Shown here: positions 1 to 7,904 of the stretch, piece after piece
Position numbering within the stretch: position 1 is the first letter of the stretch
Layout: each line of letters opens with the position of its first letter
NCBI GenBank assembly: GCA_036230545.1
Contig: JAZAIZ010000350.1
Span: 653 to 64,652 of the forward strand
Length of the DNA stretch: 64,000 nucleotides
Direction of reading: 5' to 3'
From: Myxococcota bacterium
GTDB taxonomy: Bacteria; Myxococcota; XYA12-FULL-58-9; JABJBS01
Notes under the pieces: model-generated
The model's database searches: none
Seen by the model: only the letters and a program-made list of their open reading frames with translations
Told to the model about the DNA's origin: nothing
Position numbers and translations under genes: made by a program

Positions 1-280
1 CGCGTTTGGCGCGGTGATTCCAGACGGGCTGTAGGGAGAGGCTCCATTGGCTTTGGACCGCTGCGGTGATCTCATCGAGAAGGCTGGCGTCGATGGGCTC
101 CCGCCAGGTTTGAACCAGGAGGTAGTCGCCATAGCGGTCGATGGTCAGGCCCGGCGCGCCCTCGTTGGTGCCGTGAAACACGCGGTAGCAGGTGGTGTCT
201 TCTGCGTGCAGCGCCTCAATGAGAGGCAGCCTCTCCTTGAGCGCGGGGATAAGGGAGGTGGTGATAAAATCGGTGTTCAT
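1..280 (-). CDS. Class I SAM-dependent RNA methyltransferase (RlmI-like, PUA-less), N-terminal part; CDS runs off the window edge
   Basis: Reverse-strand ATG at 280-278 is open to position 1. The translation reads MNTDFITTSLIPALKERLPLIEALHAEDTTCYRVFHGTNEGAPGLTIDRYGDYLLVQTW. The IDRYGDxLxVQ motif is typical of RlmI-family methyltransferases. It is absent from the ORF track because no stop lies inside the window. Confidence 0.5.
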   Translation of the reverse strand, partial: MNTDFITTSLIPALKERLPLIEALHAEDTTCYRVFHGTNEGAPGLTIDRYGDYLLVQTWREPIDASLLDEITAAVQSQWSLSLQPVWNHRAKR

Positions 281-323
281 AGGAGGGCCTTTCGCGGGTT
301 GGGGCGCGCTTGTTTGACTCGTG

Positions 324-1934
324 TTAAGCCCGGGGGCCGCCGAGGCGGGCGATGCGGTCTTCGTTGGTGAGGTAGGCGTCGTAGCCCATGTGCAAATCGT
401 GAAATTGGTCGCCGTCCAGCTCGATGATGCGGGTGGCGAGGGTGTTGACAAACTCCACATCGTGGGAGGTGAAGAGCAGGGTCCCGTCAAACTTCTCCAG
501 CCCGGTGTTCAGAGCCGTGATGGACTCAAGGTCGAGGTGGTTGGTGGGGCTGTCAAGCAACACCACGTTGGGGCTCCCCAGCATGATGCGGGCGAGCATG
601 CAGCGCATCTTCTCGCCTCCGGAGAGCACGTTGGCCTCCTTGAGGACGTCGTCACCGCTGAAGAGCATTCGGCCCAAAAAGCTGCGCACAAAGTTCTCTT
701 CGGTTTCGTCGGTGAACTGGCGCATCCAGTTGATGAGGTTGACCTCTGTGTCAAAAAAGGACTCGCTGTCCCGGGGGAGGTAGGCGCGGTTGGTGGAGTG
801 GCCCCAGTGAATGGTGCCGCTGTCGGCCTGCTCTTCGCCGGCGAGCGCCTGAAAGAGCGCGGTGACCGCGTGGTCGGGGCCCACAAACGCAACCCGCTCA
901 CCCTTGCCGATGTTGAGGTGCAGGTTGTTGAAGAGCACCTCGCCGTCCACGCTCTTGGAGAGCTTCTCCACAAAGAGCACCTCTTTGCCCAGCTCGCGCT
1001 CGGCTTTGAACTGGATGTAGGGGTATTTGCGGGAGGAGGGCTTGATGTCGTCGAGGGAGATTTTGTCGAGCAGGGCCTTTCGGCTGGTGGCCTGCTTGGA
1101 CTTGGAGGCGTTGGCGCTAAAGCGGGCGATGAAGGTCTTGAGCTCCTTCATCTTCTCCTCTTTTTTCTTATTGGAGTTTTGCCGCTGTTGCAGGGCCATC
1201 TGGCTGGTTTGATGCCAGAAGGTGTAATTGCCCGTGAAGAGCGTCACCTTTTGAAAGTCGATGTCGGCGATGTGGGTGCAGACCTTGTCGAGAAAGTGCC
1301 GGTCGTGGGACACCACCACCAGGGTGTTTTTGAAGTTGAGCAGGAAGTCTTCGAGCCAGAGGATGGAGTCGACGTCGAGGTGGTTGGTGGGCTCGTCAAG
1401 AAGCAGCACGTCGGGGTCGCCAAAGAGGGCCTGGGCCAAGAGCACCCGGACCTTCTCGCTGTCTTCGAGGTCCTGAACAAGGAGCTCATGCTGGTTGGTG
1501 GCGATGCCCAGGTTGGCGAGGAGCTGGGCTGCCATGGCCTCGGCCTCCCAGCCGTTCATGTCGGCAAACTCGGCCTCGAGTTCGGCTGCGCGCATGCCGT
1601 CCTCGTCGTTGAAGTCGGGCTTGGCGTAGATGGCGTCCTTCTCCTGCATCACCTCCCACAGGCGCTGGTGCCCCTGGATGACGGTGTTGAGGACCTGCTC
1701 CTGGTCGAAGGCGAAGTGATTCTGGCGCAGGGTGCTCAGGCGAAGCCCCTTGGGGATGCTGACGTTGCCGCTGGTGACCTCCTGCTCTCCGGAAAGGCAT
1801 TTGAGAAAGGTCGATTTGCCCGCGCCGTTGGCCCCGATGAGGCCGTAGGAGTTGCCGGGGGTGAACTTGATGTTCACGTTCTCAAAGAGCATCCGTCCCG
1901 CGAAGGAGAGGGTGAGGTTGTCGGTCTGAATCAT
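324..1934 (-). CDS. ybiT: ABC-F family ATPase with two ABC domains, YbiT-like (ribosome/translation-associated ATPase, not a transporter)
   Basis: Two Walker A motifs (GLIGANGAGKST, FVGPDHAVT region) and two signature/Walker B regions (LSGGEKMRCMLARIM, LLLDEPTNHLD). No transmembrane domain. The FSANASKSKQATSR linker motif is typical of ABC-F. The likely true start is the internal MIQTDNLTLSF (ATG at 1934); the 566-aa track ORF carries an N-terminal extension. Confidence 0.85.
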   Translation of the reverse strand: MIQTDNLTLSFAGRMLFENVNIKFTPGNSYGLIGANGAGKSTFLKCLSGEQEVTSGNVSIPKGLRLSTLRQNHFAFDQEQVLNTVIQGHQRLWEVMQEKDAIYAKPDFNDEDGMRAAELEAEFADMNGWEAEAMAAQLLANLGIATNQHELLVQDLEDSEKVRVLLAQALFGDPDVLLLDEPTNHLDVDSILWLEDFLLNFKNTLVVVSHDRHFLDKVCTHIADIDFQKVTLFTGNYTFWHQTSQMALQQRQNSNKKKEEKMKELKTFIARFSANASKSKQATSRKALLDKISLDDIKPSSRKYPYIQFKAERELGKEVLFVEKLSKSVDGEVLFNNLHLNIGKGERVAFVGPDHAVTALFQALAGEEQADSGTIHWGHSTNRAYLPRDSESFFDTEVNLINWMRQFTDETEENFVRSFLGRMLFSGDDVLKEANVLSGGEKMRCMLARIMLGSPNVVLLDSPTNHLDLESITALNTGLEKFDGTLLFTSHDVEFVNTLATRIIELDGDQFHDLHMGYDAYLTNEDRIARLGGPRA

Positions 1935-2186
1935 TTGTTTTTCCTGATAAAATTCGCGCTTGGGCTGTATTACGGGGCAGATCTGGTTTCGTCTATCAAA
2001 AACGTACTCGGGAAGGGGTGGCACAGGGAAGGAGGTGGCACGGTCTCAACGAAAATGTCGGGATATCAGTGGGTTGGCTTAAGGGGGGGGGATTGCGGGA
2101 GACCAGAAGTTGTTTGTATTTATTCGGGGGGCACTTGCGCTTGGGCACTTTCGCCTGGGGGCCATTTTTGACGGTGAAGGGATGAG

Positions 2187-2903
2187 GTGGGTTGGATGAG
2201 GTCCGCAAACGTAAGCGAATATTGTTATTCCTCCAAGGAGGCTCTCTTTGTTGAGCTGCGGGAGAAGATTGTTGAGGCGATTAAGGGTCGGTTGAGAGAG
2301 CAGGAACGCTTTGTTTTGGGGCTGTCTGGAGGGCGCACACCGGGGCCCTTGCTGGCGGCGCTCTCCAAGGAGGAGTTGGAGTGGGAACGGGTTGACGTGC
2401 ACCTGGTGGACGAGCGCTGGACCTCTTTGGGGAGTGAAGCGAGCAACGAGAAGATGGTGCGGGGAATCTTTATGCAGAATCAGGCAGCAGCGGCGAGTCT
2501 CGTGGGGCTTCCCGACCGTGACCTCTCCACGAGGGAGGCGGTGCGAAGTCACCATCGCCGGATCGGCGGGGAGAGGTTAAGGTTTGATCTGATTATCCTC
2601 GGAATGGGAGAGGATGGTCACGTGGCCTCACTCTTTCCGGGAGATCCAGATTCAGAGTTGGCTCTCGCCCGAAAGAACCGGGAGATCTATTGCGCAACCC
2701 GGGCTCCTTCAGGGTGCCGAGACCGTGTCAGCCTCACCTATGAGGGGATTCTTGATTCTGGGAGCCTCTGTCTCTTGAGCACCGGTGACGTCAAGCGCAA
2801 TCTATATTCAAGAAAGGTTTCTCAAGACAGGTCCAACTGGCTGCCGGTTCACTATTTGATGCAGCAGTGCGAGGTTCCCCTCAACGTTTATTGGGCGCCA
2901 TAA
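2187..2903 (+). CDS. pgl: 6-phosphogluconolactonase (DevB/Pgl family)
   Basis: Motifs LGLSGGRTP, VHLVDERW and LILGMGEDGHVASLFPG are characteristic of the 6PGL/NagB fold, with the 6PGL-specific DERW. Start is GTG at 2187 or ATG at 2196. Confidence 0.8.
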   Translation: MGWMRSANVSEYCYSSKEALFVELREKIVEAIKGRLREQERFVLGLSGGRTPGPLLAALSKEELEWERVDVHLVDERWTSLGSEASNEKMVRGIFMQNQAAAASLVGLPDRDLSTREAVRSHHRRIGGERLRFDLIILGMGEDGHVASLFPGDPDSELALARKNREIYCATRAPSGCRDRVSLTYEGILDSGSLCLLSTGDVKRNLYSRKVSQDRSNWLPVHYLMQQCEVPLNVYWAP

Positions 2904-2950
2904 AAAGCTGCGGGGCTTGTTGGGGAGGGGCGGGCAGCCGGGATGTCGGC

Positions 2951-3823
2951 TTAGTGGATGCGTTTGACTTGCAAAGCTTTTGGTCCAGGGCCGCGCACTG
3001 AGGAGGTGGTCAGCGAGCAGCTGGTGCAGTCGCCGGCCTCACAGCCAAAATAGCCCCAGCTCGACCAGTAGGTGCATCCCGAACTTCCGGATTCGCAGTT
3101 GCAGGTTCCCTTGGCTGAGAGTGCGCCTGCGCCGGCGAGTCTTTGTTGCTCTTGGGTTTGGGAGTGGTGCACACGGGTGTAGATGATTCGGCCAAAGGCG
3201 TTGACCGGAGCAAAGGTATACCCTGGTCGCGCGACAACCTGGTTGTTGCTTCGTTGGATGGGGCTGGCAGCTTGGCGATTGCGGTCTGCCTGGTCGAGGC
3301 TGTTGGTGAATTGCTCAAATTCACGGGCCAGCTCGGGCACTTCAAGGAGCGCGCTGGTGCCTTGTGGGAGATTCGCGACCTCTTCGGCGGTGGCAAAACG
3401 GACCCCAACGTCGCGGTTGATGACCGTGAACGAAGACTCGCGTTTGCAGGTGCTGCAGTTCGAACCGATGAGGCACCCGACGCTGCTTCCGTCTGAGGCC
3501 GGGCTGCAGTCACCGCTGCCGGCGGTGCAGGTGCAGGTCACTTTGCCTCCTGCCGCGAGTTGGTTGGCGGCGGGACCCTCATGGTGAACGACCGAGTATC
3601 CGGCAGGCACTCGAAAATAGAGGCCGCCGTCCCGAGTTCGGCGCGTGGTTGTCCCCTCCGGGATCCAGGTGCGTCCGCACTCCGCGAGGCCCTCGCTTAA
3701 CTCCGAGGCGCCCGGGGCGTTGAGTGTGATCCCCGTGGTGTCGGGAGAGATTTCCGGACCACAGGCCGCGAGGGTGAGACTGAGCGCGATAAGAAGAGAG
3801 TAAAAGGTGTGCAAGGCTTTCAT
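2951..3823 (-). CDS. Cysteine-rich secreted lipoprotein, function unknown
   Basis: N-terminus MKALHTFYSLLIALSLTLAACG is a signal peptide with lipobox (LAAC). There are at least 16 Cys in clustered C-x-C / C-x2-C patterns (CTCTAGSGDC, CLIGSNCSTC, CNCESGSSGC, CEAGDCTSC). Confidence 0.6.
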   Translation of the reverse strand: MKALHTFYSLLIALSLTLAACGPEISPDTTGITLNAPGASELSEGLAECGRTWIPEGTTTRRTRDGGLYFRVPAGYSVVHHEGPAANQLAAGGKVTCTCTAGSGDCSPASDGSSVGCLIGSNCSTCKRESSFTVINRDVGVRFATAEEVANLPQGTSALLEVPELAREFEQFTNSLDQADRNRQAASPIQRSNNQVVARPGYTFAPVNAFGRIIYTRVHHSQTQEQQRLAGAGALSAKGTCNCESGSSGCTYWSSWGYFGCEAGDCTSCSLTTSSVRGPGPKALQVKRIH

Positions 3824-3932
3824 GAAATCTCCGTGGATGCTCGATGAGCGGTGTTTTCATGAAATTCGCGGCGGGAGCGGCGTTTCTGACAAAGAAAATG
3901 AAGGGGCCGGGAAGCAGGGCGTTTTGAGGAGC

Positions 3933-5243
3933 CTAGAGGGCGTGCAGGCGACGGATGATCTCGGCCTCACTTGGTGCGTCCCCTCGGAGTTGCTGCAGGC
4001 GTCGCTCCAATTGCTCGGTCACCGGGTCGCCCAACTGCTCCAGGCGCAATTCGCCGGTGGCTTGGGCCATCAGGCGGCTGGCCTCGCTTCCTTCCGCGAG
4101 GAGGTCGCGTTCGAGCACCTCCCGGTCGAGTTTGAGAATGGACGCTCCGAGGTTTTCATGGGTGGCGGCGAGTTCATCTTCCCAGCCTCTGCAGAGGGCC
4201 TGAGCCTCCTGGATCTGACCTCGCAGTCGCAGGAACTGCCGCTGCTCATTGGGGTCGATGCGGTCTTGAAGCGCGTTCCATTTCAAGACGAGGGCGTTGG
4301 AGACCTTCTGCAGTTCGGCTTTGGCGTGGCTGGCCTGGCCCTTGGCCCGGGCGACCTCTCGCCTGGCTGCCACAAGATCCGTGCGATTTTTCGCCTGGCT
4401 TGACAACCCATTGGCTGCTTTTTGTTGAGCGTGGGCCTGGTCTGCGAGGTTGAGTTTGGTGGTGAAGAGTTTTTTCAACTCGTTGAGTTGAACGCCGGTG
4501 ATGCGGTGCTGACTGGTGGAAATTGTTGGGAGCTTTCCCGCGGATTTCAGCCCGCTTCGAGAGGCTGTTCTGTCTGCCTCTTGCAGGGACGCATGGGGCA
4601 GTGGCTGTTCTGCTGCTGCGACGTGGGGGGGCAGTGGGGCTCTGGTGTCGACCTTTGCGCGAAGAGCGGTGGCCAGTTCGAGGATTTGGGCTTCGAGGGT
4701 TGTGACCGCGCTCATTGGCACCTCGCCGCCAGCTTGGGCGCTCGCTCTGGCATGCGCGCAGCAACTCCTGGCGGCTTTGAGGAGCTCCATGGTCTGTGCG
4801 ACCCGCGTTTTGCGTTGCGCTGGAGTGGGGAGCAAGTCCACTCGGGGAAGCTGCGCCTGGGCCTTGGCGAGGCGGACCTGCCCCACTCCCAGCATCGTGG
4901 CTGCTCGTTGCGTGTGGGCTTTGGCCAGGGCGCTCGAGGGCATTGACACTGCCATCCCGGCGGGGAGCGGAGGAGGGGACCCTGTGGGGGATTTGGGGGA
5001 GGGGGCCCGGGTGGCGCTGACCTCCCTGGCGGGGGCTGAGGGGGACCCGGGTCGTTGCTGAAACCCCATGACCTTCGGAAAACTGCGGGGGCTTCTCTCA
5101 AAGCTGGATTGCTGACTTTTGATAAAGGCGTTTAACTCTTTGGGGGTTGCGCGCTCGCCGGATTGAGGGCGCCCGGTGCTGACTTCAAAGAATGCCCTGA
5201 CGTTCGCTTCACTCCATCCGGGGGGAAGATTAATCTTTGGCAT
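3933..5243 (-). CDS. Hypothetical protein with Pro/Ser-rich N-terminal region and long C-terminal coiled-coil
   Basis: 436-aa ORF with coding-like composition. The central region is a PxxP-rich linker. The C-terminal roughly 200 aa are heptad-like and charged/Ala/Leu/Gln-rich (LQKVSNALVLKWNALQDRIDPNEQRQFLRLRGQIQEAQAL). No TM helix or signal peptide. It sits in a locally lower-GC stretch. Confidence 0.55.
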   Translation of the reverse strand: MPKINLPPGWSEANVRAFFEVSTGRPQSGERATPKELNAFIKSQQSSFERSPRSFPKVMGFQQRPGSPSAPAREVSATRAPSPKSPTGSPPPLPAGMAVSMPSSALAKAHTQRAATMLGVGQVRLAKAQAQLPRVDLLPTPAQRKTRVAQTMELLKAARSCCAHARASAQAGGEVPMSAVTTLEAQILELATALRAKVDTRAPLPPHVAAAEQPLPHASLQEADRTASRSGLKSAGKLPTISTSQHRITGVQLNELKKLFTTKLNLADQAHAQQKAANGLSSQAKNRTDLVAARREVARAKGQASHAKAELQKVSNALVLKWNALQDRIDPNEQRQFLRLRGQIQEAQALCRGWEDELAATHENLGASILKLDREVLERDLLAEGSEASRLMAQATGELRLEQLGDPVTEQLERRLQQLRGDAPSEAEIIRRLHAL

Positions 5244-5527
5244 TCACAACGCTCCTTGGGTGGGGCTGGTCCGTATTCTCCAGTTTACCGCACCCTGCTT
5301 CTCAAGCAAAACGAGGGGGGCAACCGCCCTGCACGCCGCTGGGGCCCGGAAGTGGAAAGAGCTGCTGAAGTCGGGGGCGGGAGCGATGTGTGTGCCTCGT
5401 CACGCAAATGGTCAAGTGCTTGAAAATATTGGCTTAAAACTTGTTTGATGGGGCAAAAGAGCACGCATCATTTGCCGGGAGGAGCCGATAACTTCAGGTA
5501 GAAGGTGGCGCCACGTCCCCCTTCGTT

Positions 5528-6379
5528 ATGTCTCATGGGAGGGACCGCATCATGAAACCAGCATCCTTAAAAAGCTCCGGCGCTTATGCTCACGTTGAGC
5601 CATTAAACGCTCCAGCGCACGAAGAGGTTGAGGCCAAGCAGATGAACCGCGCAGCTACTCGCATTCAACGGCGCTTTCGCCAGCACCTCAAGGACAGCGC
5701 CTTTCCCACCATGCTCGACGGCAAGGGGCGATTAAAGGAGATCCCGGCTCTGGTCCCAAAGGGGGAAGGGAGCTTTTTGTTTGGGGCCCGTCCTTTGAAA
5801 ATTACGGGCCAGGCCCTGGGCAAAGGAGCCTACGCTTCGGTTTATGCCGGTTATTACAATGGGCGGTCAGTGGCGGTTAAAGTGGGACGCCTGCCCGAGC
5901 TGCAGCATCTGCAAAAACTGCTTCAGGTCCAACGGGACCACGGTGTCTCCATGGTTGTTCCCTGTCCGGTGTCGGTCAATAAGGCCGACGAGCTGCGGGG
6001 AATCGCGCTGATGCCCCGGCTGCATTCCAACCTGAAGGAATACCTGCAGGAGCGCCCCCAAATGAAAGATAGCAAGCGACGCGAGCAGCTTCGACTCTCC
6101 AGCCAGCTCGAAGCCTGCGGCGTGTATCATCAGGATCAGACCCAGGAGAATTTTCTGGTGGATCGCTCGGGCAAGCTGAGCATCGCTGATTTTGGCTGCG
6201 TGCATGTTAAGGACGCTCAGGTCGAGCCGGTGCTGGCGGAGGGTCCTGCTATTGAGGACATCCTCCCGCCTTCCCATCCCCTGGGCAAACAAACCCCCCG
6301 GCAACCCTCTAAGAAGCGCAACTTCGGCACCATAGCCCTCGCTACGCTGCGCTTGCTTTCGGGCCAGCCACCTCGTTAA
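5528..6379 (+). CDS. Truncated eukaryotic-like Ser/Thr protein kinase-like protein (possible pseudokinase) with N-terminal IQ-like basic motif
   Basis: Gly-rich loop LGKGAYASVYAG and VAVKV (beta3 Lys) are present. The catalytic-loop equivalent is YHQDQTQENFLVD, degenerate relative to HRDLKPEN. DFG is present (IADFGC). No APE or C-lobe follows. The N-terminus carries AATRIQRRFRQHLK, which resembles an IQ motif. Confidence 0.6.
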   Translation: MSHGRDRIMKPASLKSSGAYAHVEPLNAPAHEEVEAKQMNRAATRIQRRFRQHLKDSAFPTMLDGKGRLKEIPALVPKGEGSFLFGARPLKITGQALGKGAYASVYAGYYNGRSVAVKVGRLPELQHLQKLLQVQRDHGVSMVVPCPVSVNKADELRGIALMPRLHSNLKEYLQERPQMKDSKRREQLRLSSQLEACGVYHQDQTQENFLVDRSGKLSIADFGCVHVKDAQVEPVLAEGPAIEDILPPSHPLGKQTPRQPSKKRNFGTIALATLRLLSGQPPR

Positions 6380-6416
6380 GCGTTTGGGCTTGCGCCCGTC
6401 GTCCTGCATGTTCCCC

Positions 6417-7904
6417 TTAGGGCGTCACGTGATTATCGGAGGCGGGGAGAACGCTGCTTCCCATCAAATAGGTGTCAATGGCCCGCGCGGCGTTGCGCCC
6501 CTCATTGATAGCCCACACCACCAGAGATTGCCCCCGACGACAGTCCCCGGCGCTGAAAAGCCCGGGCACGCTGGTTTCAAAGGAACCGTGCTCTGCCTGA
6601 TAGTTGGAGCGTCCGTCGGTCTCGACGCCCAGCTTCTCGTTGATGTAGTGCTCGGGCCCGAGAAAGCCCATGGCCAGAAGAATGAGCTGCGCTCGCCACT
6701 CACGCTCTGAACCAGGCACCTCTTGCATCTGGAAGCGCCCGCTCTCGTCTTTGGCCCACTTCACCTGCACGGTGCGAATGCCCGCGAGCTCTCCCCTGTC
6801 CCCCCGGATAAACTCCTTGGAGAGCACACAAAACTCCCGTGGGTCGTTGCCAAACTTCTCGGTGGCTTCGGCGTGCCCGTAGTCGACCCGAAGAATCCTT
6901 GGCCAGGTGGGCCAGGGATTGTCGGGGGCTCGCTCGTTGGGCGGTTGGGGCAGCAGTTCAAAATTTACCAGGCTCTTGCAGCCGTGACGAATGGAGGTGG
7001 CGATGCAGTCGGTTCCGGTGTCGCCGCCGCCGATGACGATGACGTCTTTGTCTTTGGCTGAAATATAGCCCCCATCGGCGTGGTTCGAGTCGAGCAGGCT
7101 TTTGGTGTTAGCTTGAAGAAACTCCATCGCAAAATGAACCCCCGGAAGGTCGCGGCCATCGATGGGCAGATCACGGGGTTTTGTGGCGCCGGTGGCCAGG
7201 AGGGTTGCGTCAAAGTCCCTGAGCAGCTCGGTGGGATCAACGTTGCGCCCCACATCTGCGTTGGTGATGAAGTCAATGCCTTCGGCTCGCAGGAGGTCCA
7301 CTCGTCGGTCCACCACCGCTTTGTCGAGTTTCATGTTGGGAATGCCATACATCAAAAGTCCGCCGATGCGATCGGCACGCTCGTACACAGTCACAAGATG
7401 CCCGGCCTGGTTGAGCTGAGCGGCGGCGGCCAAACCCGCGGGACCCGAACCCACCACGGCGACATATTTTCCGCTGCGCTTGTTGGGTGGGCGGGCTTTA
7501 ACAAAGCCCTCTGCAAAGCCACGGTCGATGATGCTGTTTTCGATGTTTTTGATGGTGACTGGCTTATCGTTAATGCCAAGGGTGCAGGCTCCCTCGCAGG
7601 GGGCCGGGCACACCCGCCCGGTGAACTCTGGGAAGTTGTTGGTCTTGTGGAGTCGGTCGAGGGCCTCACGCCAGCGCTGCTGGTAGACCATGTCGTTCCA
7701 TTCGGGGATGAGGTTGTCAATGGGACACCCCGTGTGGGACTGGCAAAAGGGCACCCCGCAGTCCATGCAGCGGGCCCCCTGGTTTTGGAGGGTGGCTTCG
7801 TCGGGGTCGGTGTAGATTTCACGGTAGTCGCTGATGCGCACCAGGGGTTCTCGGTAGGGGATGCTTTGGCGCGTGTGCTCCAAAAAACCGGTTGGTTTAG
7901 CCAT
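6417..7904 (-). CDS. gltD: Glutamate synthase (NADPH) small subunit
   Basis: N-terminal Cys cluster [10 protein letters not shown]...C...C for Fe-S. FAD/NAD Rossmann motifs [14 protein letters not shown] and [13 protein letters not shown]. It lies downstream of gltB and overlaps its stop by 8 bp. Confidence 0.9.
   Translation of the reverse strand: MAKPTGFLEHTRQSIPYREPLVRISDYREIYTDPDEATLQNQGARCMDCGVPFCQSHTGCPIDNLIPEWNDMVYQQRWREALDRLHKTNNFPEFTGRVCPAPCEGACTLGINDKPVTIKNIENSIIDRGFAEGFVKARPPNKRSGKYVAVVGSGPAGLAAAAQLNQAGHLVTVYERADRIGGLLMYGIPNMKLDKAVVDRRVDLLRAEGIDFITNADVGRNVDPTELLRDFDATLLATGATKPRDLPIDGRDLPGVHFAMEFLQANTKSLLDSNHADGGYISAKDKDVIVIGGGDTGTDCIATSIRHGCKSLVNFELLPQPPNERAPDNPWPTWPRILRVDYGHAEATEKFGNDPREFCVLSKEFIRGDRGELAGIRTVQVKWAKDESGRFQMQEVPGSEREWRAQLILLAMGFLGPEHYINEKLGVETDGRSNYQAEHGSFETSVPGLFSAGDCRRGQSLVVWAINEGRNAARAIDTYLMGSSVLPASDNHVTP

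Noticed and set aside
47-370. 107-aa plus-strand ORF with TTG start
   Set aside because: It overlaps, on the opposite strand, a methyltransferase-like CDS that has a recognisable motif. It has no RBS or motifs. The methyltransferase reading is preferred.
321-2171. 616-aa plus-strand ORF
   Set aside because: Entirely antisense to the unmistakable ABC-F ATPase gene. Its composition is Ala/Gly/Val/Glu-rich with no motifs. It is a typical high-GC antisense open frame.
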